Below, piece by piece: positions 1 through 12,610 of a stretch of DNA of 64,000 nucleotides. The translations under genes were made by a program, and so were the position numbers. How positions within the stretch are numbered: position 1 is the first letter of the stretch; the number at the start of each line of letters is the position of its first letter. This DNA comes from Octopus bimaculoides (Eukaryota), in contig NC_068989.1 of the NCBI RefSeq assembly GCF_001194135.2, positions 21,833,526 to 21,897,525 of the forward strand, written 5' to 3'. The notes under the pieces are model-generated. The model saw nothing but the letters and a program-made list of their open reading frames with translations, had not been told where the DNA came from and made no database searches.

Positions 1-1389
1 AATTGACTATATTTTCCTTCGCAATTTGTGGCCTTGTGCCAATTTTAAAAATAGTTATTCAATTATCTCGTTTTCTATTTCTTAGAATGATTTTCCGGAG
101 AAGGAAATCGTCTGTAGGCTAAAAATGAAGATATAGATCAAGTTATTTAGCCCTAGGCAGCCCTGATTCAGCAGATCTCTGATCAAAAAGTTTTCAATTG
201 TAACTAGACTATCAGTTTTTATCTATGTATAGTGTACTCCAGACTACACTACCTAATACGTCCTTCCCATTTCTACTTCAGTAGCATGTGGTTTGCGGAA
301 CATTCAGCTACTGTTTCTAACTAAATAAGCAACCAAATTGATTTAATTTTGATCAAATAAAAAGATTTATATTTTCCTGGTCTAGTAGAAGGGTCTGTAC
401 TGGTATCTTTCACTGGCCCCCTAAGACCAGCAACATGCATTGATAATATTCCTCTTAAATGGTTGCAAATAGATGACTACAAATAAAATACATTCTGGGA
501 AGGAAGGTAGAGAGAGACCTTAATGGGGAATGAGGATTTAAATGATACAGATAATGAAAGAAAGAGAAGCAAATTGGGAGTGCATAAGNNNNNNNNNNNN
601 NNNNNNNNNNNNNNNNNNNNNNNNNNNNNNNNNNNNNNNNNNNNNNNNNNNNNNNNNNNNNNNNNNNNNNNNNNNNNNNNNNNNNNNNNNNNNNNNNNNN
701 NNNNNNNNNNNNNNNNNNNNNNNNNNNNNNNNNNNNNNNNNNNNNNNNNNNNNNNNNNNNNNNNNNNNNNNNNNNNNNNNNNNNNNNNNNNNNNNNNNNN
801 NNNNNNNNNNNNNNNNNNNNNNNNNNNNNNNNNNNNNNNNNNNNNNNNNNNNNNNNNNNNNNNNNNNNNNNNNNNNNNNNNNNNNNNNNNNNNNNNNNNN
901 NNNNNNNNNNNNNNNNNNNNNNNNNNNNNNNNNNNNNNNNNNNNNNNNNNNNNNNNNNNNNNNNNNNNNNNNNNNNNNNNNNNNNNNNNNNNNNNNNNNN
1001 NNNNNNNNNNNNNNNNNNNNNNNNNNNNNNNNNNNNNNNNNNNNNNNNNNNNNNNNNNNNNNNNNNNNNNNNNNNNNNNNNNNNNNNNNNNNNNNNNNNN
1101 NNNNNNNNNNNNNNNNNNNNNNNNNNNNNNNNNNNNNNNNNNNNNNNNNNNNNNNNNNNNNNNNNNNNNNNNNNNNNNNNNNNNNNNNNNNNNNNNNNNN
1201 NNNNNNNNNNNNNNNNNNNNNNNNNNNNNNNNNNNNNNNNNNNNNNNNNNNNNNNNNNNNNNNNNNNNNNNNNNNNNNNNNNNNNNNNNNNNNNNNNNNN
1301 NNNNNNNNNNNNNNNNNNNNNNNNNNNNNNNNNNNNNNNNNNNNNNNNNNNNNNNNNNNNNNNNNNNNNNNNNNNNNNNNNNNNNNNNN

Positions 1390-1423
<34 letters not shown>

Positions 1424-1900
1424 ACACAATGGGCCTCTTTCAGTTTCTGTCTACCAAATCCATTCACAAAGCTTTGGTTAGCCCGAGGCTATAGAAGACA
1501 CTTGCCCAAAGTGCCACGTAGTGGGACTGAACCTGGAACCATGTGGTTGGGAAGCAAGTTTCTTGCCACACAACCACGTGTGTGCCTATATCATTGATTG
1601 GCAATACCACATTGGAAGATATGAAATTTCTGTTCATGGAGCCAGTGCTGGTTTGGCGTAATGTATGTAGGATGCATATTGGTTGCTGCCATCACCTCTC
1701 ATATGTTGGAAGCTAGCAGAGTCATGGAGGTTGCCTTTCTTGAGAACAAGACACGCTCTATCCTGTTTCCGAAAGAGCTTAGTACAATTGATGAAGATTA
1801 TGAAGAGAAGGAGGCTTAATAACAGAAGGAATATTGAAACTGATGTATTTCTAATGTGAATGTAATATTGTGGTGTTTAGCTTTAAGTCAAAATTGATCA
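1..1900 (+). repeat. Segmental duplication block 1, copy A (paralogue of about 33470-35250)
   Basis: 1-588 aligns colinearly with about 33470-34058 (roughly 80%). About 1620-1680 matches 34500-34565 and about 1755-1890 matches 35120-35250. Confidence 0.85.
589..1389. other. Assembly gap (others: 7931-8051, 18590-18599, 31892-32147, 38642-39056, 39556-40476)
   Basis: Runs of N. Confidence 1.
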
Positions 1901-3582
1901 AATAGACCTAAGACCATCTTTTTTATTTTTCATTTTATTTTTAGATAGCCTATCTATATTATTAGGAAGCAGCAGTAAAAGGTGACTTCAAGAAGCTGAA
2001 CCTTATGAAAGCAGTAACAAAGGACAGCACAAGTAGCAAGATGCTATGCAGAAAAATGCCCTTCCAACCCATGCAAACATGGAAAAATGTATGTAAAATA
2101 ATATCTAGGACTATATTATCACCTGCATCCTTACTAAAGGAGTGTTTAAATTTACTAAGTACCAGAAGTTCACAGCATAAAAAGTTTCAGCTATTACAAA
2201 ATATGTGCAGTGATTGAAGCAATATATGAAAGGATGCAAAGAATAGAGAATTCAGGATACATAAAGTGGGTTTAGACAGAGGACCAGCTTGTTATAGTAG
2301 TAATAGAAGGCAGAGACAAAGAGGAAAGTGGGTGAGATTATGGTTCAAGTACATGAGGAGAATTTGCTAAATCAGCCAAATAGCCTTCATTTTTGAGCAA
2401 TGCTACCAAGGGCATTCACATATGTAGTAGTAGTATTGTTCAAGATTTCTGAGCAGTAGTCTTTCAATCATAAACATTGGGGACTTATTGAGTTAGGTGC
2501 CATTATTACACTGTAGGCTGAATATTTGAAAGCCAATCTTTTCTGAACTTTATTCTATTCATTCCAACTGCTTTATTTTTAACTTTTGAGTGTAAATGAT
2601 CTTCATCTGCTAAAAGTAGCTGGCCCAAATAAAATTCCAGCCTTGTATTTAAAAAAAAAAAAATAGGAGGCCTCAATTCTAATGCAGTTATTCAATTATT
2701 TGTCTCAAGGAAGTGTTTCTTAAGTGCATGGATGAAGTCTATAGTTTGCTGTTTTCAAAAATTCTAGCAACAGTTTTTTTCCATCTCAACATAGGTCAAT
2801 TATGGGAGTATTAAAGTTAGTCTTAATAATTCATTATTTTTATCTTACAGCATGATAATTATAAAATTATGTTAAATTCAGTTGAATATCAGTGTCAAAG
2901 TGTTTTGCTTTTTGAAAGTCAGGATGTATTGCACAAGTAAAAATGATGGTGGGACAGTGATCTAAATAAATCTAGCTGCTTGCAAGTGATTTTACACAAG
3001 GAGACAACAAACAGGTCTCCAAACCATCAAAGATGAAATAAAAATGAATGAACATCACCATTACACATGGATCTTAAGATTAATTCTTGTGATTAGTAAA
3101 ACCGTTGCTACACTCCATGTCAATCATAATCAGGCTAATGTTCAAAGTCATTCTAGTTCGATCATATAGGCATAACATATCTAAGATTAGATTATGTTAT
3201 GTAGCCATGCTCTTTTCAAGATAGCTGCGTGTAATTTGAGAGAGGTTTATTGAATGGGACAACTGAAAACAGGATCTGAGAGTAGTTCCTTGCCAACAGC
3301 ATGTAATCATAGCTCAGTCACTACTCCTATGAATTGGGTAAAAGCTTAAACAAAAGACACCAGATTTTTTACTAATAGAGGACTACCATGATACCAGCAA
3401 CACAGGCATTAAAAATGGGTTTCTCTTCAGCTCTGATAGTTTAGCAACTGTTTTCTCTGTGCTACTTATAATAAGGATCACTGCTTAAGGTTAGAGCATA
3501 TCACTGCCCTATACAATAAGTTATGAATTAGACTGCTAAAATGCTTTAGAGTAGCTTCTTTAGTTTCTTTGTTTACATAACC

Positions 3583-3780
3583 CAGCATTTCTCAACTGGC
3601 ATTCCCTGGAATCCTAGGGTTCCGCAAAAGGTTTCTAGGGGATCCCCAAGAAAGAGTGAGATAAGTTAATGATAATTTCATGATCATAATATTACTATAC
3701 ATGCACAACATGTTATAGGCTATTGTAATATAGACATCATCCTATCTAACCTATTATGTTATCAAAAAAATATAACCACC

Positions 3781-3815
<35 letters not shown>

Positions 3816-3985
3816 TATACATATGTATGTATGTATGTATATATGATATTTACCATGTGAACTACGATGAAAAAAATATGAGAAAGATATGGTATATAAT
3901 TTTTTTTTTTTTTTTTGTGCAGGGGTTCCTTAAAACATGTAATTTATTTTAAGGGTTATGCAAGGGTAAAAAGGTTAAGAAACTG
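3583..3985. mobile_element. hAT (Charlie-like) MITE
   Basis: Ends CAGCATTTCTCAAC...GGTTAAGAAACTG, flanked by a perfect 8-bp TSD ACATAACC (3575-3582 and 3986-3993). Confidence 0.75.
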
Positions 3986-6900
3986 ACATAACCTATGGGT
4001 GCTATATGTGTGTGCCACATATGTCGTAAAGAACAGTTTACATAATAGTTAATACCAAGATTCTTTAAGGAGGTAGGGTATGATGAGAGATTTAAGTGCT
4101 AATCTTAGCATGTCAAATTACTTTATAGAAACATCCTTCAACACTTGAAAGGCTCTCTCATTGGTCCCTTTTAAATGTTTATGACGTTGTTTGTAATAGA
4201 AAAGTTGCCAAATTATACAAAACCTGATAGATTAGCTGTACTCCTTATTAATGGGCATATTTTCTTTGTTTTTGTCAAATATTCTAAATTAAGCCTTCAG
4301 TGAGATTTACGCATGTGGTGCTTTAGAAATAGCATTGATATATTTGTATGTTGCACTTATAATTTAGATATTACATACAAGAAATAGGAATATCTATGTC
4401 ATGTATGATATACAATAGAGATATAGCAGGTGGAGTGGGATTACTCCCCAGGTGCAGGGGCAGTGCATAATTTTCCTCTGGTTTACCATGACTGTTAAGT
4501 AAAGCATCAAAAGAATCTCTGCTCTCAGATGCTGAGGTCTCTTAGTATGTAATTGGTATTGAGTGATTTTCTCTAAAATTGCTTGAAGTTTAGGTGTAAC
4601 TACATTTGCTTACAACAGCTAAGCTGTCCTACAGCTATTTTGTAGCTTATGTATCCTCGGTTGCAAACAGACTCGTGTGGTGTTTTGAGTGATGTGAAAG
4701 GCCATAATGGTTGGAATGCTATTACAAAAACAAACAAACAAAAAAAAAACAATCTAGGAAAGTTTTATTGTAAATTATATATATTTGACTGTATGTGGTC
4801 TTCAAGGAATGCTTGAAATAACTTTGTAATAAGTGGAAAGTGGAGAAAACAGCCCAATGTTGTTCTATTGATTCAATATTAAAAAAAAAGATAACAGTTA
4901 AAACTAAATGAGATGAGTTACAAAGTAACATAGTTTGTATATGGAAAGAAGTGTAAACTATGTGAGATGAGTGTTTAGCCCACGGAGAGCTTTGATAAGT
5001 ATGGCAGTTAAGCAATAAACAGAAATTTTTTGCTTTATCATGCCAAGGTCCCAGCTGTGCATTCCAGGATGTAGTCTGACAGTTTGGACATACTGTATTC
5101 AGACCATGATCCACTAATTCCGTCTTCTTGCAGACTTTGGTGGTGATCCCAAGAGAAATGTGGGGATGGTGGACTTGGTCAAAACATGACAGTTGCTCTT
5201 CTTTTGCATTTATTTACCAGTGTATGCAAACCAACATGTTTTTGAGAATTAGAAAAGTTATTTGATGCAACTGCCATCTGTATGTTAAGAGGAGCGGGTG
5301 TATCTTTATCAGGACCGAGTGGGAAAGATAGTATTTTGCAGACGTGTTGCGAGTGACCATGCAAAAATGAGAGGTGTTGTCAGGGATGGAATTTGATGTG
5401 ACAAAAGAACAAAAAAAAAAAAAAAAAAAAAAAAAAAGGCCCATTCATGTCCAGGTGATTACTTTGCATATTTTTGTTTCATTTTTATACATGGATTAAG
5501 CATATGGTTTGTGTGCAATCTGTGATGACACAAAATGAAGTTGGTCTTTGCAGTTTGTTATGGAGATATTAAGGTCTCAGGCAAGACTGGTAAAACTGAT
5601 GATAAATCAAATGTACACTCGTGTCTTTCTCTTATTCAAATACAGAGCTTGCAATTGCTTTTAGTGTGCATAATAAGCCTTTCACTTCTTTAACTATGAT
5701 TCTATGTGCTGGGGATGATAAGGTACAGTGTGTAATTTGTAGTGACTATATTTTACATATGCAGTATTGTTATGCAGTTGAGTGTAAGAATTGTTTATAT
5801 TTGGTGTTTCTGGTAAGAATTTGGTGTGTGCATTCAGATTAATTTATCAAATGTAATGCTCATTTATCTTGAAGCTACAAAATACTACTAGCTTCAAGAT
5901 TTTGAGGATGTAATTGTTTATTTTTAGAATGACATTGTGAGAGGCTGGATCTGGCCAGTTTCAACATGAAACCTGTAGAATATTTGGGCTGGATATGGCT
6001 AAAGGGTTAAAGTTGGTCTGGACACCAGATTTCTAAGTAACTGATGTATGGTCAGAGTGGTTATGGGTCTTTGTCTGGAGAATTACAGGATAAAGTAGCT
6101 AAAATGTAATGTGTATGAGACTGAATGTATGCTTTGTGGAACTGAATAGACACAAATTTATAAGACAAATTCTTGTGGTTCTAAATTCAGGAAATCACAG
6201 ATTCTCAACAGCACAACTACAAGTTTGTGAGTGTTTTAGTTTTAAGGGCAAGTGTGTATTTGCCTTATTTTCAAAAGGAGCATCTGCTTAAACCAGTTCG
6301 TGTACATATTACACCTGTCCCATTTCATGCCATATTTCTATACTTTTTGTATAGTAAAGTTTTATATTGATGCCTCAAACTGAAGGACATTCAACTGCCC
6401 ATGTGTTTTGTCCAGGAAATGAAAAAAAAAAATATGTAAAACTGAATTTGATTTGAATTAATTCTGTCAATGACTATTCAGTTTTCCACTATACATTTTT
6501 TTAAAAATTGAATATTATTTATTTCCTGGAGAGCAGAGAGGTGTCTTACTGACAAACTATTGTTCCCAATCAGATCGATGGTAAGGTTACATTTGATTAG
6601 TAATATCTTGATTTCTGTTCTTATTGGTCTTCTTCATTCTTTCTTGTCCAATACACACACAAAAAAAAAAAGAAAAAACGCACAGACACTGATCAGGTAG
6701 GTAAGGCTTAATGTGTTCATTTAATTTTTGTGCAATATCAAAAGATGCTTTTACAGAATGGCAAAACAGAAAAAAAAAATTAATGGAATTGGTAGGGGGA
6801 GGGGTAACGAGCAATCCCTTACAATACTGTTCAACTGTTATTTTTAGCAGCAGTCATGTGCTAGCTCTGTCGGTCAGTTGCTTTTACAGTCAAAGAGTAA

Positions 6901-8251
6901 AATATATCTCGTCTTAAAACAAGATGTGAAAAAAATAATTGAAAAACAAATTATTTTCCAGATTCGCTTATTTCCATATGAATAGTGAAAAATTCAGAGT
7001 TCGATAGTAGTGATGGATTTACAAAAAGGTGAAAATTTGGTATTTTGAAGAAAACTATATTTACAGAATGGTAATTTCAGATGTATTACAAACATGACAG
7101 TTTAAAAAAAAATAATGAAAAAGAAAAAAAAAGTAGGGTTGGAGGATTAAAAATGTTAAAAGAAAAATAGCAATTATTTTTCTAGAAAGATATTTAAGAA
7201 ACTCGAATACCAAAGAACGACTATTATGGTTAAACCGAGCACTTTGTTCGGTTTAATAGTAATAGTTATTCTGAACTAATCTGAAACTTGGCTGACTATA
7301 ACAATTTCAAGCTTCCAAGGTTAGGGATTTTCGGAGGTACGTTTCCTTGCAATGTAAAAAAAAAAAAAAGAAGTGCTGAAATAATCATTATTTCGCCACA
7401 TCTTGTATGGGCGAACGAGCAAACTAAATTATATATTTATAACTACTTATGGTCAGCGATTTTGAGGGAAAAGAAAAACTAACACGATGTATGTGGGACT
7501 TGAACGAAAAGACGGTAGATATCAAACTACACAAATGGTCATGTATGTGCCATAAAGGGATAGAGAGATGAGATACAGTAATAGTCATTTTTTTTTCTCC
7601 AAAGGCACGTATAGCGATGTAAGTGAACCTGTACACAAGCGAAAGTGGACAGTAGACATGGGTTAGCTAAAACAGAAATAATAGGCTATGTCGGCAACAG
7701 TTGGTTTCGTTCTAAAATGGTTTATTAAGATTCATTTATGGGGTGCATGCAAAGCAGTCAGGGAATTTCCAGAAAACAACGACGATGCCAATGCTGAAGG
7801 GAAAGGAAACCTTTTAAACGACCAAACAACAAATCTTATATCTTTTCTATCTCGTCCCACCAACTTTTTACGGCAAAATTATAAAAGCAACATTTCACAT
7901 ATCTTCCATAGTAAATACAGAGATAAATACNNNNNNNNNNNNNNNNNNNNNNNNNNNNNNNNNNNNNNNNNNNNNNNNNNNNNNNNNNNNNNNNNNNNNN
8001 NNNNNNNNNNNNNNNNNNNNNNNNNNNNNNNNNNNNNNNNNNNNNNNNNNNCGAGGATACTCGGACAGTGTTTGGTGTGAAATATAAAATGAAAGTCGTG
8101 TGAGAGAGAAAACATGGTAAATGAAAAGCGAAAGGAGAGGGTAAATAGTGCATTTTTATAGACAACACGGTTACATTTAATAGTCTTGAGTGAGTTTATG
8201 TTGGCAGAACTGAATAGGTATAGGCAGAACAAGAAACAACATTAAACATAC

Positions 8252-8308
8252 CTTGTATTTGTCAAAACCGGCAAGAATAGACGGTGTGAGACCGACTATA
8301 TCAGCCAT
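8252..8308 (-). CDS. SELENOI: First coding exon of ethanolaminephosphotransferase 1 (SELENOI/EPT1 family), copy A
   Basis: Minus strand reads caagATGGCTGATATAGTC...GACAAATACAAG|gtatgt = MADIVGLTPSILAGFDKYK plus a phase-0 GT donor. From memory, this matches the human SELENOI N-terminus MAGYEYVSPEQLAGFDKYK (LAGFDKYK identical, same 19-codon length). Downstream exons not found in the window. Confidence 0.85.
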
Positions 8309-8410
8309 CTTGATAGAGCAGACAATATTGTAAATGCGAGCGTTTGATCGGTAATATATGCTCTATTGACCAATCAGAGATGCCGTTGCAAAAGACTGTT
8401 GGGATTTATG
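8309..8410 (-). promoter_or_regulatory. Proximal promoter/5'UTR of SELENOI copy A
   Basis: CCAAT box (tgaCCAATcag, 8370-8374) about 60 bp upstream of the ATG, in a locally CpG-retaining region, conserved in copy B. Confidence 0.6.
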
Positions 8411-8734
8411 CAATGACGGATAGAGAGGCAGTGAATGGGATGGACGATATGAAGACATAGAGGGGGAAGAGAAGGAAGCAGAGAGAGAGATTAAAAAAAG
8501 AGATAGAGAGAAAACGAACGGGAGAATAGAAACAAAGCATGAAAGACAGACAGGGGGGGAGAGAAGTGAAGCAGAGAGACAGAGAGAGAGGGACTACGTA
8601 TATGAAGAAATAGAAGAAAAAGAAATAAAAAGTGTGAGACAGGTATTTAGTCAATGAAACGAGGGAAAGAACGAGATACAGCGGAAGTAAACAAAAACGT
8701 ACAATGAAGGGGTGTGTGTGTTTATACGCGCAAA

Positions 8735-10036
8735 CAATTAGGACCAATATAAAGATCCTCACCAGTTAACGAAAACAAAAAATAAACCCCAGCCTGCTGG
8801 GTGTTAACAACTGTGTAGAAAACGAATATGAAAAAAAAAATTGCACAAACGAACCTAGGGGTGGGGAGATCACAAGATCTTCAGATTCTCCATAGCCGAA
8901 AACATGGGATTCCGTAAAAAAAAAAATAAAAAAAAAATCAATATATATCCATTTTTCTGAAAGTTAGGGAAAAATCGGAGGAGGTTTCTGATTTGGCGGG
9001 CGCCACTTTTTATTTAAAATTTTCTCAATAACACTAAAGGTGCACATTTTATAGGGGGAATCGCATGACCGTGATATGTAGAATACATTATCGAAAGCGA
9101 AAATCGCCAAAATGAAAAAATAAAAAAGTTACAGCGGTTTTCCCAGTGTCTAAACCCAATGTGCATCACACTAAGAGTAAAAGATGTTTTGTATGACACA
9201 TTCTACCAGTGTACCAAGTTTGAAAATGTTTCGATAAGAAACGTTAAGAAAACAAGTAGCGCCCGCCAAATCAGAAAGATCCGCATCTGATTCTGAAAAA
9301 AAATTTGTTTGTAAAAAAAATTCAATTTTTCAACAAACAAAAAAAAAATGTCCCAACCCCCTCCCAATTCTACGGCCTTGGCCTTCGAGCAGGCTACCCA
9401 CATGCTAGAAATAACAGCCAAATCTCACAAAACTGCGATAACATAATGAAAGAAATATGTAATCAATCTACTCACCTTTCTGCAAAAATTTCTTTCAGAG
9501 TAATTTCCCGCAGTAATATGACAAAGTAATTCATGTGAAATTAAAGTGTTTATTTTTTATATTTTTTTGTTTTGTTTTGAAAGTTACAAAAAATATGAGT
9601 ACAGAAATAACAGCAAGCTCTTTTGAAAAAAGAAAAGTAAAAATAGCAAAGAAATACTGTGACAAAGTGAAATTAAAGAGAATCATTTGACCAGCGCAAA
9701 ACATCGTGTGTTTGTGGAACTGAAAATGGCCTTGCTCATTTGAGATTTGGCTGTTATTTCTAGCATGTGGATAGCCTGCTTGAAGGCCAAGGTCGTAGAA
9801 TTGGGAGGGGAGGTTGTTGCGTTTATTTTATTTATTTATTTTTTAATATATATCCATTTTCCTGAAAGTTATGAGGGGGAATTGGGTCTTGTGAATTTTC
9901 CGAAAGTCCTCTCCCCACCCCCAGAGTCGTTTGCGCAAATTGATTTTTTTTTTTTTTTTTTTTTTTTCATATTTGTTTTCTACACAGCAGGTTTTGTTTT
10001 CGTTAACGGATGAGGATCTTTATATTGACCACAATT
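8735..10036. mobile_element. Foldback/MITE-like element with about 145-bp terminal inverted repeats and nested internal inverted repeats
   Basis: 8735-8880 is the gapped reverse complement of 9890-10036 (caatataaagatcctca...gttaacgaaaacaaaa...ggggtggggag). Internal inverted pairs at 9345-9425/9740-9815 and 8985-9005/9258-9280. Confidence 0.65.
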
Positions 10037-11929
10037 AGTGTTCGATAAAACAGATGTGTAACGAAATACTTGACACACCAATAATTTAATGTCCGATTTC
10101 ATTGTAAAAAAAATATTAAATATGCAAATTTTAGTTTACTCAAATCTGTAATATACGTGGGTTGATAAGCAATGCATTGGTGGATAGTTACAGGTGGTAC
10201 ACTGCTGCAGCAGGAAACTCCTAAGAATCGAAACGAATTTACAGCTGTTAGCCTTATCCCAACACCGACTTTTTTTTTCGGTCTGAACAAATATTGTGCA
10301 GACGAATTGTTTATAATCGTCCTAACATTACCAGTTGGCTAAAAAGGAAAAAAATCCATCCTCATCAGCATCATCAAAGAAATTCCAGAAGCCTGGAAAA
10401 TAGTTACATGAAAGATATTGAGAACGATTCCAGCTTATAAAATATATTCCAATAGCTACTATCACTGTAGCAATAATAATTATTATTCCAGTGAGGCATG
10501 AGGTTTTTTTTGGGGGGGGGCGTATAATTTACGAAAAAAAAAGAAAATCTGTTAGAATCATCAAAAGGTTTCATTTCATTTGAAGTTCATGAGAAAAAAA
10601 AATTTCTCAAATGAAAAAAAGTAGCGTGTACGGTTTATATCAATGAGTTTGTATTTCTCACAAAACCTATGGAAGATGGAAAAACAGAAACCAAAAACCA
10701 TTATTTTCTGTAAATCTTTCTGCATTGCATTTTATAGTCATTGAAATTTAAAGTTGTGATTATCTCCCTTGTCATTTTTAACAAGAATTAGTCATTTGGA
10801 AAATTACTATTCTCATCACAATTTTAAAATATCTCACCTTACAACATCAAGTATATTAGCAACAACTAAACTATTAAATCTATTTTACAGTTTCTTCAGC
10901 TACTAGACAAAACAATAGAATTTAAAAACAAGCAATAAAAAGGTGTATGGACATGACAGAATATATAGACTTCACACAATGAGAGTGCATGCGGCAAGGC
11001 AGTTATCATTCCATCTTTATTCAAATGGTATATCGATAGAAACATTATCTAATGGGTTAGCTTTTTTTTTTTTTCATTAAATATGTGAAGAGGGATTTGG
11101 TTGTTGTTTCTAATAGGTTGCACTCTGACATAGTGACTCCTCCACAAGGGTCATTGTGTTTACCATTATGTTCAGCATGAAAATGAGACAGTGAGAGCTG
11201 TGATGGAAATATGTAACACTAGTACAGGGCCTCAATTTTAGTGGGTAGGAGAAGACAATTTAACTGAATCAATATTTGCCTGGTTCTCCCTTTTATTATC
11301 CAGCAGAAAGATGCATATTAGAGGTGACTTCAGCAGAATTCGAATAAAGAAATATATCCAAATAACAAAAGGCATTCTATTCACTTGTCTAAGGATTCTG
11401 TTAATCCAGTTCCTCTTGACGAAAGAAAAATGCCAAAAGAGAAACTGCGAGAAAGAGTAATGCATTGTCTTAAGCAAGAAAAGAACAGAGGCTTCCTTAA
11501 ATATCAAAACTCTTCAAGATATGTGAAGTGTGATGCAAGTTGGAAAGAAAAAAAAAAACCTTAGAAAACAAGAAAAGTCAAAGTTTATAAGGAATGGTTG
11601 ACTGACAGAGCTCCCTTCCCTCGCCAAGAGGAAAAGGTCAGAAGTGGGAGCTGAGAGGTAAAGAATGGCAATTGGATAAAGAGAGTATAGTACAATCCAG
11701 TAAAAGCCAGTTTTAAATGTGTGTGTGCATTTAGTTATAATAAAAACTATTTTACATTAATCTGATGGGTTACTCTATACTTTTGTAAAGTACAAATTTA
11801 TATTCATAAATGAGAATGTTGTTGGCAGTGATTTTGAAGTTTCAACCAGTTAAGCCATGATCAGACTGTGATGTATTAGAGTTAGTCTTATATATTTTTG
11901 CTCCCATTTTTATACATAAATATATACAC

Positions 11930-12610
11930 ACCTATATCAGCCCCACTTTAGCATATATCTCAAACAGAATTGAACAAACAGCAAACAAACTCTACCTCCA
12001 CGAAACAGGAAGGTTAAAATCCCTATATACTAATCAAATTGCTTATAGAACAATGTTAAAGAGAAACATAAACATACAACCTTTACTCAAATATTTTTGT
12101 GAACATAAAGGCACAAAAGAAACAACTTTCAATACTAACGAAGTCATGACATGCCTGATTAATCACCCCAACCTTACAAATGAAAACAAGAAATATCCTA
12201 AATATCAACATGATTAGCCTAAATTTACCACCTACATACTTTTGAAAAATAAGTTGACACACCCAATTCCTAAGGGCTTAAATACTGGACTTTGTACCTT
12301 TGGCCCTTACATTGTCAAAACAAATTATTAAATCCACCAAAATCAATAAAAAATACTGTCATACCTCATGCTTACCTAACAAAAGAGAAACTACATACGT
12401 GTTTACAAAGTTCAACGTGCATTGATAAATTCTAAACAATAACCCCAAATTTAATCAAAATGTTTCCAAAACACCTTTCCATAATAAACCATGAAAACTT
12501 AATTACCACCGCACTCAACATAGACTATATAAAGGCAAAACTAACTCTAATGCATTGCAGTGTGATGATGATTTAGCTGGCCGAAACTTCAGAGTCACTC
12601 TTAACATTCT
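11930..12610 (+). mobile_element. Possible decayed Penelope-like retroelement 3' end
   Basis: A/C-rich degenerate coding-like tract ending in gatgatgatttagctggccgaaac, resembling Penelope-like termini. No intact motif. Confidence 0.3.

Larger units (their letters stand above)
7285..8410 (+). repeat. Segmental duplication block 2, copy A (paralogue of about 37945-39170)
   Basis: 7285-7659 is a diverged, gapped match to 37945-38333. 7660-7930 = 38334-38604 and 8297-8382 = 39057-39142, both without visible mismatch. Confidence 0.9.

Noticed and set aside
455-1597. Long ORFs of 300+ aa at 455-1597, 31817-32164 and 38362-40542
   Set aside because: They are open only because they run through N gaps.
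7723-7760. In-frame TGA in the candidate terminal exon read as selenocysteine
   Set aside because: SELENOI Sec lies near the true C-terminus, not here. A TAA follows within 11 codons and there is no room for, or sign of, a SECIS before the AATAAA.
7688-7930. Plus-strand ORF MSATVGFVLKWF..., identical in both duplicate copies
   Set aside because: Identity follows from the identical DNA block. It is antisense to SELENOI intron 1, has no recognisable homology, and shows no synonymous-change signal.
11328-11564. 79-codon stop-free K/E-rich plus-strand stretch (…DERKMPKEKLRERVMHCLKQEK…)
   Set aside because: No recognisable family, no convincing splice pair, and the A-rich composition can produce this by chance or from old transposon debris.
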